Assembly (NCBI RefSeq): GCF_050402865.1
Contig: NZ_BAABMF010000007.1
Coordinates: forward strand, 8,141-72,140
Source: Clostridium sediminicola
GTDB taxonomy: Bacteria > Bacillota > Clostridia > Clostridiales > Clostridiaceae
Direction of reading: 5' to 3'
Length of the DNA stretch: 64,000 nt
This document shows positions 9,264 through 19,078 of this stretch, one piece after another. Both the position numbers and the translations under genes were made by a program. Below the pieces are notes generated by a model. The model saw only the letters and a program-made list of their open reading frames with translations. It was not told where the DNA came from and searched no databases. Within the stretch, counting starts at the first letter, position 1; every line of letters begins with the position of its first letter.

Positions 9264-10775
9264 TTAGAATTTTTTCCATAAACTATCCAAAACTTGAGAA
9301 GTTTCTTTATATAATTCAAATTTAGATTGATAGATTTTAACATTTTCCCTAATAGGTTCTACTCGCTGTTTAATTTTAACTAATTTATTAGCTGCATCTT
9401 TTAAGTTTTCAAATACTCCTGCTGCTACTCCTGCGGCCATGGCAGCTCCTAATGCCCCTAATTCCTTTGTTTCAATAATTTCAATAGGTAAATTGAGTAC
9501 ATCTGCAAATATTTGAACCCAAACTTTAGAATTTGCAGCTCCTCCAGCCAGTCTTACTGATTTAGGTTTTGAACGATTCATAAAGAGTTTTTCAATATGG
9601 ATCTTATGACAAAAAACTACTCCCTCAAAAACTGAACGAGCTATTTGTTCTTTTGTATGGGAACTATCCATTCCAATAAAAGATGCTTTAGCCTGAGGAT
9701 TGTAATTTGAACCAAAAATATAAGGTAAAAATATAATGTTCTGTTCATCAGGTTTAACAGATTCCACCATTCCATTAATTATTTCGTAAACACTTATTCC
9801 TCTTTTTTCAGCTAATGCTTTTTCTTCTTGCATAAATTTATTTAAGAACCATTCATTATTAGCAGCAGACGTAGGACTACATTCTTCTACCAGGTAGTAA
9901 CCAGGAATACAATATAGTGAATTCATCATCACGGTTTTATTAAGAACTGGCTCCGTTGCAATATATTCATTGATACTCCATGTGCCTGCAATTACGCAAA
10001 GATTTTCTTCATCAGTTATATCCATAGCAATAGCACATGCATCAATATCAAACATTCCAGCGGCAACTGGTGTACCTATAGCAAGACCAGTTTTTTTACT
10101 AGTTTGAGGTGTAATATAACCTGATACCTCTGTTGAATATTTTAATGGAGGCAATTTGTCATATATATCTTCTAATCCAAAATCACACAATAGCTCTTTG
10201 TCATATTTTGCTTCTCTAATATTTACAAAGTTAGATCCTGAAATGTCAGTAATTTCAGCATTAGCCTCTCCTGTAAGTTTGAATCTGATATAATCCTTAA
10301 CACCAAATATCCATTGCGTATTTTGAATAACTTCAGGTTCATTATCCTTTAACCAACTGACTAGAGATACTGGTTGGCACGCTAAAACTTTTTGACAAGT
10401 TTTTTCAAAAATTTTCTCAGCAGTACCATCCTTTTGCCATTTTTCCGGATACATATATGCCCTTGTATCAGTTGAAACAATACCTTTATATGCAGGTTTC
10501 TTATCTTTTCCCCATAAATAAAGGCCTTTTCCATGCCCTGAAAGTGATAATCCTAAAATCTCCCTTGGTTCTATTTTTGCATTTTCTATTGCTCTTTTTA
10601 TGACTGAACAATTAACCTCCCATAAAACATCCATGTCTCGCTCTGTACGCCCTTCTCCAGGGGTAATTAACTCAACTTGTTCATATGCTGTAGCTACTGT
10701 ATTTCCATCAATATCAAAAATAACTGCCTTTGTATTTGTCCCACCATTATCTAGACCTAATAAATATTTTCCCAT
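9264..10775 (-). CDS. FGGY-family carbohydrate kinase (L-xylulokinase-like)
   Basis: LGLDNGGTNTKAVIFD N-terminal actin-fold motif. Length is 503 aa. Its context with the two epimerases resembles sgbK/lyxK. Confidence 0.75.
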   Translation of the reverse strand: MGKYLLGLDNGGTNTKAVIFDIDGNTVATAYEQVELITPGEGRTERDMDVLWEVNCSVIKRAIENAKIEPREILGLSLSGHGKGLYLWGKDKKPAYKGIVSTDTRAYMYPEKWQKDGTAEKIFEKTCQKVLACQPVSLVSWLKDNEPEVIQNTQWIFGVKDYIRFKLTGEANAEITDISGSNFVNIREAKYDKELLCDFGLEDIYDKLPPLKYSTEVSGYITPQTSKKTGLAIGTPVAAGMFDIDACAIAMDITDEENLCVIAGTWSINEYIATEPVLNKTVMMNSLYCIPGYYLVEECSPTSAANNEWFLNKFMQEEKALAEKRGISVYEIINGMVESVKPDEQNIIFLPYIFGSNYNPQAKASFIGMDSSHTKEQIARSVFEGVVFCHKIHIEKLFMNRSKPKSVRLAGGAANSKVWVQIFADVLNLPIEIIETKELGALGAAMAAGVAAGVFENLKDAANKLVKIKQRVEPIRENVKIYQSKFELYKETSQVLDSLWKKF

Positions 10776-10809
10776 TATAACCTCCCAATAAAGCTAGCTA
10801 AAGAAGTAT

Positions 10810-11598
10810 CTATAATTTTTTATCCACCGCTTCAATTTCACAAAGTAATAATTTGCATATTACCTCATTGCCAGCAATAATAGATACATTTCTATCATCT
10901 CTAAAGTGAATTATATCTCCACCGGCTTCATGAACTAAAAGTATTCCTGCTGCAACATCCCAAGTCTTTACATCTACTTCCCAATATCCATCAAAATATC
11001 CTGCTGCAACATATGAAAGGTCAATAGCCGCTGCACCACATCTCCTGAAGCCTCTTATTTTAGGAATAATTTTCGATGCATAAGAAACATTATTCACTTC
11101 ATTAATTGACCTATCGTAAGGAAACCCACTGGCTACAATTGATTCATTTAATTTATTTTTACATCCTACTTCTAATTTTCTTTCATTTAAAAATGCGCCT
11201 TCACCTTTTATTGCGGAGAATATTTCATCCATAACAGGTACATAAACAACTCCTAATACTGTTTCATTTTTATATTGGAGTGCTATAGAGATTCCAAACC
11301 AAGGTATCCCATTAGCATAGTTATTCGTACCATCAAGAGGATCAATAATCCAAAGGTAATCTGATTCATTTTCAAAAATCCCACTTTCTTCTGAAAGTAT
11401 AGCATGTTCAGGATAAGTATTCTTAATATGATTTAGTATTATATCTTCTGAAAGCTTATCTACTTCTGTTACTAAGTCTATACAAGTGGACTTTGAATCA
11501 ATTAAAAGAAATTTCTTTCTAAAGTTAGTAAGTTGAACACTGCCTACTTCTTTAGCAAGGGCTTTTATGTCAGACATCACTTTATATAAATTTTCCAT
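10810..11598 (-). CDS. inositol monophosphatase-family phosphatase
   Basis: WIIDPLDGTNNY and the downstream WDVAAG motif of the IMPase/FBPase fold. Confidence 0.8.
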   Translation of the reverse strand: MENLYKVMSDIKALAKEVGSVQLTNFRKKFLLIDSKSTCIDLVTEVDKLSEDIILNHIKNTYPEHAILSEESGIFENESDYLWIIDPLDGTNNYANGIPWFGISIALQYKNETVLGVVYVPVMDEIFSAIKGEGAFLNERKLEVGCKNKLNESIVASGFPYDRSINEVNNVSYASKIIPKIRGFRRCGAAAIDLSYVAAGYFDGYWEVDVKTWDVAAGILLVHEAGGDIIHFRDDRNVSIIAGNEVICKLLLCEIEAVDKKL

Positions 11599-11630
11599 GA
11601 TTCGCCTCCTAACTTACAACTAATGATTTT

Positions 11631-13166
11631 TTAATTTCTTATACTATTTAACGCTGACATATTATCTTTTAAATTAACGTAAACTTTCTTATATTCTTCG
11701 AAAATTTCATCATATAGTTTTATATTTTCTGGATTAGGTTCTATTGTACTATCAAATTCTAACCATTCAGATATTATACTTGAATCTTCAAAAACTCCAG
11801 TGCCTAAGCCTGCTAATAAAGCATCTGCTAATGGTGCTTCAACGTCATTTTTTATGATTTTCACTGGTTTTCCTGTAACATCAGCAAAAATTTGTGGCCA
11901 TTGCTTTGATTTGGATACTCCACCTACAAGAATAATTTCTTTGTCTAACTTCACACCCGTTCCATCTACCATTTCCATGTTATGACGTAATGAATAAGCT
12001 ACGCCTTCCATAAATGCTTTATATAAGTGGCCCTTGTGATGAACTAAACTTAGGCCTAATATTGTTCCTCTTGCTTTACTATCCCATATTGGACTTCTTT
12101 CACCCATGAAGTAAGGAAGTAAAAGTAAACCTTCTGAACCTGCTGGTACATCTTTTGATTTTTCTTCTAACAATGCATAGGCATTAACTCCAGTTTCTTT
12201 CTCTTGAGCTAATTCTTCTCCTCCTAAAGCATCTCTAAACCATCTAACTACAGCTCCAGCAGTTGCTGCTCCACCAAATGTATAGATTTTATTTTTTGAA
12301 TCTATTGTATGAGGCATACTTACTAGATTTTCAGAAAGATTGGGCTCTTCAGTTACAAAACCCCAACACATTGAAGTTCCTGTCATTGCAACATGATTTC
12401 CTTCATTAAAAGCTCCTGCACCTACTGTAGCTACTGGTGCATCAACACCTCCACAGATAATTGGAGTACCAACTTTTAATCCTGTTCTTTTAGCTGTTTC
12501 TTCAGTAATTCCTGCCACAATTTCAGTACACTCAACTAATCTTTCAGGGAAAAATTCAACTGGTACTCCTAATTTATCAAGCATATTAGCAGACCATTTT
12601 CTTTCCTTTAAATCATATACTCCACCAATATTTCCTGCTGAAGAATGATCTACTGCAACTTCTCCAGTTAGTTTATAAACTATGTATGATGCTGGCGGCA
12701 ATAAGTATTTTATTTTGTCCCAAATATCAAGATTGTTTTTCATCCAAAGAATTTTTGTAAATCCAAAATATGAATTAACTGAATTACCTGTAACTTGGAA
12801 TAATTCATCTAAATCAATATTTTCTTTAACCCATTTAACTTCTTCTTCTGCTCTACGATCCATCCATATTAAACATGGTGCTAAAGGATTCATTTCTTTA
12901 TCAACTGGTATCCCAGAACCACCATACAAACTACTAATAGCTACACCTTTTATATCTTCTATGTTAACTTTTGATTGGTCAACTACTCCCTTTATTGTTG
13001 CAAAGGTTGCATCCACCCAAGGTTCAGGCCATTGTTGAGCCCATGAAGGTTTAGGTGTTTCAACATCATAACCTTTATAATTGTGTGCTAACACATCACC
13101 AGTATCATTTATTAGTACTGCTTTTGTTCCTTGTGTTCCAATATCTACACCAATTACATATTTCAT
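11631..13166 (-). CDS. FGGY-family carbohydrate kinase (xylulokinase-like)
   Basis: IGVDIGTQGTKAVL N-terminus and GGGS/GG.SKS C-terminal motifs. Length is 511 aa. Confidence 0.8.
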   Translation of the reverse strand: MKYVIGVDIGTQGTKAVLINDTGDVLAHNYKGYDVETPKPSWAQQWPEPWVDATFATIKGVVDQSKVNIEDIKGVAISSLYGGSGIPVDKEMNPLAPCLIWMDRRAEEEVKWVKENIDLDELFQVTGNSVNSYFGFTKILWMKNNLDIWDKIKYLLPPASYIVYKLTGEVAVDHSSAGNIGGVYDLKERKWSANMLDKLGVPVEFFPERLVECTEIVAGITEETAKRTGLKVGTPIICGGVDAPVATVGAGAFNEGNHVAMTGTSMCWGFVTEEPNLSENLVSMPHTIDSKNKIYTFGGAATAGAVVRWFRDALGGEELAQEKETGVNAYALLEEKSKDVPAGSEGLLLLPYFMGERSPIWDSKARGTILGLSLVHHKGHLYKAFMEGVAYSLRHNMEMVDGTGVKLDKEIILVGGVSKSKQWPQIFADVTGKPVKIIKNDVEAPLADALLAGLGTGVFEDSSIISEWLEFDSTIEPNPENIKLYDEIFEEYKKVYVNLKDNMSALNSIRN

Positions 13167-13231
13167 ATTCCCAGCTCCTTTTTTTAATACTATTTCTAAT
13201 CTTTTTTGTACTTGTTATTATACCTACTAAC

Positions 13232-13274
13232 TTATATTGACAGGTCATTTAAACTTTATGACCTGTCAATATAA
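13232..13274. repeat. 17-bp perfect inverted repeat TTATATTGACAGGTCAT-N9-ATGACCTGTCAATATAA, intercistronic
   Basis: Read directly from the sequence, 4 nt past the stop of the polyol dehydrogenase gene. There is no U-tract on either strand. Confidence 0.5.
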
Positions 13275-13277
13275 TCC

Positions 13278-14354
13278 TTATGGCTTTAATAATATCTTTT
13301 TATTTTTAGGATTTTCAGCTTTTTCAAATGCTTCTTTAAAATCTTTAAGATCGTACACAGCTGACACAATTCCTTCTGCACTAACTAATCCTCTTTCAAA
13401 TAGGTCAATAGCAACAGGATATGTATATGGTGATAAATGAGAACCTCTTACATCTAATTCTTTTCTGTCCCCAATAACACTCCAGTCAGTAGTAGTTTCT
13501 TGTCCAAATACACTAAACTCTATAAATCTACCTAGTTTTCTAATCATTTGTAATCCTTGTTTAACTCCAACAGGTGATCCAGTAGCTTCAATATATACAT
13601 CACAACCGTAACCTCCTGTAAGTTCTTTGACAATTTTCATTACATCTTCTTCTTTTGGATTTAATACTAAATCTGCTCCAAACTTTTTAGCAGTTGCTAA
13701 TCTTTCATTATCTAAATCCAATACAATTAATTTCTTAGGAGTTTTTAATTTAATCAACTGAACCATACAAAGACCTAAAGTCCCTGCACCTGCCAATACT
13801 ACTACATCTTCAAATTCTATATTTGCTCTTTGTATTGTATGAATCGCACATGCCATAGGCTCTAATATACTAGCTTCTTCAAAAGTTAATCTATCTGGAA
13901 TTTTATAAATTTCAGAATTAGATCCAAATTTCATATATTCTGCCATTGATCCTTCAGCAACATCCTTTTGAAAACCATAAATGTTATGAACTTCACACAT
14001 CCAATACTTACCACTTTTACAGAATCTACATTCTCCACATGGGTTAATTTGATCTGTTGTTACTCTATCTCCTATTTTTATATTATGTTTTTCAGCTGCA
14101 CCTTCTCCTAATTCCACAACAATACCATAAAACTCATGACCAGGTATAACCGGTGCTTTTAGCCAAGGATTGTCTCCACCCCAGAACATATCAGATCCAT
14201 GTGATGCTTTTAAATCACTTCCACAGATTCCTGCGTGACCAATTTTTACAACAACATCCCCAGCACCTGCTTTTGGTCTTTGAACCTCTTCTAATCTATA
14301 ATCTCCAGGCGCATGAACTACTACCGCCTTCATCATTTCAGGTAATTTTTTCAT
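13278..14354 (-). CDS. Zn-dependent medium-chain polyol/alcohol dehydrogenase (sorbitol/L-arabinitol dehydrogenase-like)
   Basis: GHEF.G catalytic zinc site, CGECRFCKSGKYWMC structural-zinc motif and a GAGTLG Rossmann motif. Confidence 0.8.
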   Translation of the reverse strand: MKKLPEMMKAVVVHAPGDYRLEEVQRPKAGAGDVVVKIGHAGICGSDLKASHGSDMFWGGDNPWLKAPVIPGHEFYGIVVELGEGAAEKHNIKIGDRVTTDQINPCGECRFCKSGKYWMCEVHNIYGFQKDVAEGSMAEYMKFGSNSEIYKIPDRLTFEEASILEPMACAIHTIQRANIEFEDVVVLAGAGTLGLCMVQLIKLKTPKKLIVLDLDNERLATAKKFGADLVLNPKEEDVMKIVKELTGGYGCDVYIEATGSPVGVKQGLQMIRKLGRFIEFSVFGQETTTDWSVIGDRKELDVRGSHLSPYTYPVAIDLFERGLVSAEGIVSAVYDLKDFKEAFEKAENPKNKKILLKP

Positions 14355-14433
14355 AGTAAACCCTCCTCATATATTTTCAATTATTGTTTTTATATATTTT
14401 TAATAAACATTTATATCATTATTTATTTGAAAC

Positions 14434-15420
14434 TTATTTTTTCTTTTTAGAACTAAAGTAGATTGCCAAAAGGATTATTAGCCCTTTAATAACTCTTTGG
14501 AAGTAAGGTGATACTCCCATAAGATTCAACCCATTACTTAAAACTCCTATTATTAGTGCACCTATTAAAGTTCCAACAATATGGCCACGTCCTCCTGCTA
14601 TATCTGTTCCACCTAATACAACTGCTGCTATTGCATCTAATTCAAATCCTACACCAGCCATTGGTTGACCAGACATTAATCTTGAAGTCAATACCATTCC
14701 ACTAATAGCTGCTGTAACAGAACTTATAACGTATGCCATGATTTTGTATTTTTTAACTTTAACACCTGATAAACGAACAGCTTCTTCATTGCCTCCAATA
14801 GCATATATATATCTTCCTATTGGTAGATGATTTAAAATCACATAAGCAATTGCGTAAATAATTAACATAATAATAACTGGCATTGGTATTACATTAAACA
14901 GATATCCGCGACCAATGAAAGAAAAAGATTTTGGTAAACCTGCTAAAGGATATCCTCCTGTGTATAAAAGAGCTAATCCTCTAGGAATTTCCATCATAGC
15001 AAGAGTAACAATTATTGGAGGCATCTTTGCATATGCTATCAATGTTCCATTTATCAAACCAATGATAGCACCTATTAAGATACCAACTAGTACTGCTACC
15101 GCAGGATGTAACCCTAGATTAACCATTGCACCTGCCATAATAGTTCCAGTAAATGCCATAACAGCTCCAACTGAAAGGTCTATACCTGATGTTAAAATTA
15201 CAAAAGTCATACCTACTGCTAAAACTCCATTAATTGATACTTGTCTAACAATATTCATTAAATTATCAGGAGATAAAAATCTTCTAGATGATATTGCCAT
15301 TAGTATACATAAAACAATAAAGCCAATAAAGGTAATTAATTCCTTTCTTAAACCAATTGTTGATTCTCTTTTTATAATACTCTTTTTCAATTGTTTATTA
15401 TTTTTAGTTGATTCACTCAT
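14434..15420 (-). CDS. sugar ABC transporter permease (RbsC/monosaccharide type)
   Basis: About 9 predicted TM helices in an RbsC-like pattern. The start is reassigned to the ATG at 15420 (MSESTK), which overlaps the upstream ATPase stop as ATGA. The ORF-track start at 15492 would overlap the ATPase gene by 80 nt. Confidence 0.8.
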   Translation of the reverse strand: MSESTKNNKQLKKSIIKRESTIGLRKELITFIGFIVLCILMAISSRRFLSPDNLMNIVRQVSINGVLAVGMTFVILTSGIDLSVGAVMAFTGTIMAGAMVNLGLHPAVAVLVGILIGAIIGLINGTLIAYAKMPPIIVTLAMMEIPRGLALLYTGGYPLAGLPKSFSFIGRGYLFNVIPMPVIIMLIIYAIAYVILNHLPIGRYIYAIGGNEEAVRLSGVKVKKYKIMAYVISSVTAAISGMVLTSRLMSGQPMAGVGFELDAIAAVVLGGTDIAGGRGHIVGTLIGALIIGVLSNGLNLMGVSPYFQRVIKGLIILLAIYFSSKKKK

Positions 15421-16915
15421 TAATTCCACCCCCGGTTGCATAATACATAATTCTTTCTTGACTTGCTTCCTCTCTAGAAAGTTCTCCTGCAATATTACCC
15501 TTATGCATAACTAATATCCTGTCACTCATGCCTAAAATTTCTGGAAGCTCAGATGATATCATAATTATAGAAATACCATTGTCAACCAGTTCTTTCATCA
15601 ACTTGTATATTTCTGCTTTTGCTCCTACGTCAATCCCTCTAGTGGGTTCATCAAAAATTAGAATACCACTTTCAGTATTTAAACATTTTGCTATAACTAC
15701 TTTTTGTTGATTACCACCACTTAAGTTTTTAACCCATTGCAAAGAACTTGGTGTCTTTATCTTTAAGCTTGATATATATTCATCAACTATATTTTTCTCT
15801 TTTATTTTATTTAGTAAACTATATTTATTTACAATCTTATTTATAGAACCTAAACTAATATTATTCCTAACAGATGCTTCTAAAACCAGTCCCTGGTTTT
15901 TTCTATCCTCTGGTATCAAAGCAATGCCATGATTTAGCGCTTCATAAGGAGATTTTATTCTAATATTTTTACCTTTAATTTCAATTACTTTTTCCTCTGC
16001 TTTATCTGCTCCAATTAATGCTCTAACGGTTTCAGTTCTTCCTGAACCTACCAAACCTGAAAGACCAAGAATTTCCCCTTTATGCAACTTAAACGATACT
16101 CCATTAACTTTTTTGTTTTTAAGGTTTTTGACTTCTAGAACAACTTCTTTATCAAATTTAGAACCCAAGCTTTTAGGGAATGTATCCTTCAATTCTCTAC
16201 CTACCAGCATTCGAATAATATCTTGTTCAGTAACGTTTTCCATAGAATCTGTTCCAATCCATTTACCATCTCGTAAAACAGTCATTCTGTCAACAATCTG
16301 GAAAAGTTCGTCCATATGATGAGAAATAAATACCATAGTTACACCATTTTTTTGAAGATTCTTCATTAAATTAAAAAGATGCTTAACTTCTCCTTCTGTT
16401 AACGTAGCAGTTGGTTCATCTAATATCAATAGTTCCGCATTAACAGATATAGCTTTTGCTATTTCAATGAATTGTTGCTCCGCTACACTTAATTCTGATA
16501 CTGTTTTATCCAAGTCAACTTCAACGTCAATTTTATTTAATAATTCTTTAGCCTTTTCTCTCATTAAATTCCTATTTAATAAACCATTCTTTTTTCTTAG
16601 CTCTCTTCCTAAAAATATATTATCTACGGAATTTAAGTATGGAATCAAACTAAACTCCTGATGTATTATTGCAATTCCTAATTCCTGAGCTTGTTTTGTG
16701 TTATCTAAATGGATTTCTTTGCCTTTAAAAAATATTTTCCCACTGGTAGGTTTATAAATTCCAGATAAAATCTTCATTAATGTGGATTTTCCAGCTCCGT
16801 TTTCACCTACAAGAGCATGAATTTCTCCACTAGTTAAATCTAAATTCACTTCATCTAATGCTTTTACTCCCGGAAACTCCTTAACTATATCCTGTAACTG
16901 TAGAATTTTATCCAT
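15413..16915 (-). CDS. sugar ABC transporter ATP-binding protein with duplicated NBDs (RbsA/MglA type)
   Basis: Two NBDs. The first has Walker A GENGAGKST and signature-like LSVAEQQ; the second has LSGGNQQK and ILIFDEPTRGID. Confidence 0.9.
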   Translation of the reverse strand: MDKILQLQDIVKEFPGVKALDEVNLDLTSGEIHALVGENGAGKSTLMKILSGIYKPTSGKIFFKGKEIHLDNTKQAQELGIAIIHQEFSLIPYLNSVDNIFLGRELRKKNGLLNRNLMREKAKELLNKIDVEVDLDKTVSELSVAEQQFIEIAKAISVNAELLILDEPTATLTEGEVKHLFNLMKNLQKNGVTMVFISHHMDELFQIVDRMTVLRDGKWIGTDSMENVTEQDIIRMLVGRELKDTFPKSLGSKFDKEVVLEVKNLKNKKVNGVSFKLHKGEILGLSGLVGSGRTETVRALIGADKAEEKVIEIKGKNIRIKSPYEALNHGIALIPEDRKNQGLVLEASVRNNISLGSINKIVNKYSLLNKIKEKNIVDEYISSLKIKTPSSLQWVKNLSGGNQQKVVIAKCLNTESGILIFDEPTRGIDVGAKAEIYKLMKELVDNGISIIMISSELPEILGMSDRILVMHKGNIAGELSREEASQERIMYYATGGGINE

Positions 16916-16996
16916 CTTAACCTCCCTCTTCTTTTATATTATTTATTTAAGAGTGGCACTCTGTATATCCAGAGTGCCATTTTTTAATTATTATTC

Positions 16997-17944
16997 TTAC
17001 CAACTAAATCCTTTAGCATTTTCACTTGTTAATAATTCAACATCTACTGGTACTTCAGCTGGAACATGAGCACCTAGGTATTTAGCTAATGCTATACCAA
17101 AACCAATTCTAACTTGATCACGAGGATATTGAGCTACTGTAGCTTTGAATATTTTCCCATCCAACACTGCTTCAACTGCTTCTGGATGACCATCTACACT
17201 ATAAAGAGCAACGTCTTTTCCCGCACCCTCAATAGCTGCTAAAGATCCTAAAGCACCAGTATCATTAACACTAAATATAGCATCTAAATCTTGATTAGCT
17301 TGTAACATGTTTTCTGTTACAGCCATAGCTGCACTACGTTCTTGTTTACCATTTTGGTTGTCAACGATTTCAATATCAGCATATTCTTTCATAGCAGCTT
17401 CAAAACCTCTTACTCTTTCAAGTATAGGAACTACTGGAATACCATTTAGAATCGCAACTTTACCCTTTCCACTTAAATCTTTTGCCATTTGTTGTCCTGC
17501 TAAGTAACCTGCATCATAGTTTTTAGAACCTACAAAAGAATCAATAGGACCATTTGCTTGTGCATCAATAGCAACAACAATAACTCCTGATTTTTGAGCT
17601 TCAACAACAGCCGCTTCAACACCAACACTATCAGTTGGGTTTAATAATAAAATCTTAACACCCTTTTGAATCATATCTTCTATATCGCTAATTTGTTTAC
17701 TTACATCATGACGAGCATCTGTTATAATAAGTTCAGCTCCTATTAAATCTGTTGCTTCTTCTATTGCTTCTTTCATTGTAATGAAATAAGGATTATCCAT
17801 TTCCTGGAAAGACATGCCAACGATTATTCCTTCAGTTTTTTCAGCATTAGCGTCAGTTACATTTCCTGCATTTGAATTATTTTTAGTTGCGCACCCTGTA
17901 AATGCTAAAGTTAACACCATTAATAAAGCTAATATTTTTTTCAT
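16997..17944 (-). CDS. sugar ABC transporter substrate-binding lipoprotein (RbsB-like periplasmic-binding-protein fold)
   Basis: Signal peptide plus lipobox (LAFTGCATKNN). Periplasmic-binding-protein type I pattern. Confidence 0.85.
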   Translation of the reverse strand: MKKILALLMVLTLAFTGCATKNNSNAGNVTDANAEKTEGIIVGMSFQEMDNPYFITMKEAIEEATDLIGAELIITDARHDVSKQISDIEDMIQKGVKILLLNPTDSVGVEAAVVEAQKSGVIVVAIDAQANGPIDSFVGSKNYDAGYLAGQQMAKDLSGKGKVAILNGIPVVPILERVRGFEAAMKEYADIEIVDNQNGKQERSAAMAVTENMLQANQDLDAIFSVNDTGALGSLAAIEGAGKDVALYSVDGHPEAVEAVLDGKIFKATVAQYPRDQVRIGFGIALAKYLGAHVPAEVPVDVELLTSENAKGFSW

Positions 17945-18074
17945 AAAAACCCTCCTAAAATTAAATTATTTACAAAACTAATATTTATAGACTTTTGAAT
18001 TGATTAATCCTTAATTCATTACACCTCCTCATATTAAGCCATCATTTAAGCACATTTTATTTTAGAAATAATTA

Positions 18075-18146
18075 TCACAAAAAATAAGTGCCTCGTAAAT
18101 ACACGCAAAGGCATAAAAACCTTAAACATGTTCTTACGAGGCACCA
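18075..18146 (-). terminator. Leader intrinsic terminator/attenuator upstream of the sugar ABC operon (candidate ANTAR antitermination target)
   Basis: The minus-strand RNA reads GGUGCCUCGUAA-(35 nt)-UUACGAGGCAC, followed by UUAUUUUUUG. This is an 11-13 bp stem plus U-tract, located in the 528-bp leader between the ANTAR regulator and the first operon gene. Confidence 0.55.
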
Positions 18147-18471
18147 TAACCTCAAGAACCCTGAATCTATCATAAACTCAGAATTCTAAATATTAAATTA
18201 TCACAATCTCATCCACAACCAATATAGTCACTTTGTACCAATCATAAGCACAACACTAACTATTTAATAATCAGTTTAAATCACTGTTAAGAAATTTTGC
18301 GACCAACTTTTAGGTTATTCTCTATTCTAAATATGTAATACAACAAAAATAGAAATAGATTTTTATAATATTATTTTCAAATTTAACCGTATACATCCGA
18401 CAAATTACAAAACATCTTGTACACATTTAAAGTATATTACTATCATAATTAAATGTCAAGTACAAATTAAT

Positions 18472-19059
18472 TTAATTACTTAAAATTTCACTAGCCTTTA
18501 TTATTTCCTTAGCTATGTCAATCATTTTTTTATTCTTATCTCTACTCATTTTTTGCAATCGCTTCATTGCATCATCTTCTCTTAAACTAAATCTATCCAT
18601 TAAAATTCCTTTAGCTTTCTCTATATATTTACGCCGTTTAAGTGCATTTTGAGTATCGTTAAGCTCACTCTTTATTTTTTCAAATTCCTCATATTTTGAC
18701 ATAGTAATTTCAATAGCAACTTTTAAATCTTGGATATCTATAGGCTTGATTAAATAATTAAACACTCCTTGTTTTGATGCTTTTTCAATTAGTTCTCTAT
18801 CATGATATCCACTTACAATTATACTTGGAATAATCAATTGTTCATTAAGCTTTTTAATTGCTTCAATTCCATCTAAAAGTGGCATATTAATATCAGTTAT
18901 TATTAAATCTGGTTTGTTTTTTCTTGCAATTTCTACAAGTTCATTACCATCGATAGCCTCACCGATAACTTCATGACCAAGTTGTTTTAAATTAGCAGAT
19001 AAACCCATTAGACATAAATATTCATCTTCAGCTATCAAAATTCTTAATGGTTTTTCCAC
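18472..19059 (-). CDS. ANTAR-domain response regulator (receiver + ANTAR RNA-binding antiterminator; EutV/AmiR/NasT type)
   Basis: The receiver domain carries the phospho-acceptor Asp (LIITDINMP). The C-terminal ANTAR motif reads IEKAKGILMDRFSL.EDDAMKRLQKMSRDKNKKMIDIAKEII. Confidence 0.85.
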   Translation of the reverse strand: MEKPLRILIAEDEYLCLMGLSANLKQLGHEVIGEAIDGNELVEIARKNKPDLIITDINMPLLDGIEAIKKLNEQLIIPSIIVSGYHDRELIEKASKQGVFNYLIKPIDIQDLKVAIEITMSKYEEFEKIKSELNDTQNALKRRKYIEKAKGILMDRFSLREDDAMKRLQKMSRDKNKKMIDIAKEIIKASEILSN

Positions 19060-19078
19060 AAACGTCCCCCCCTAAATA

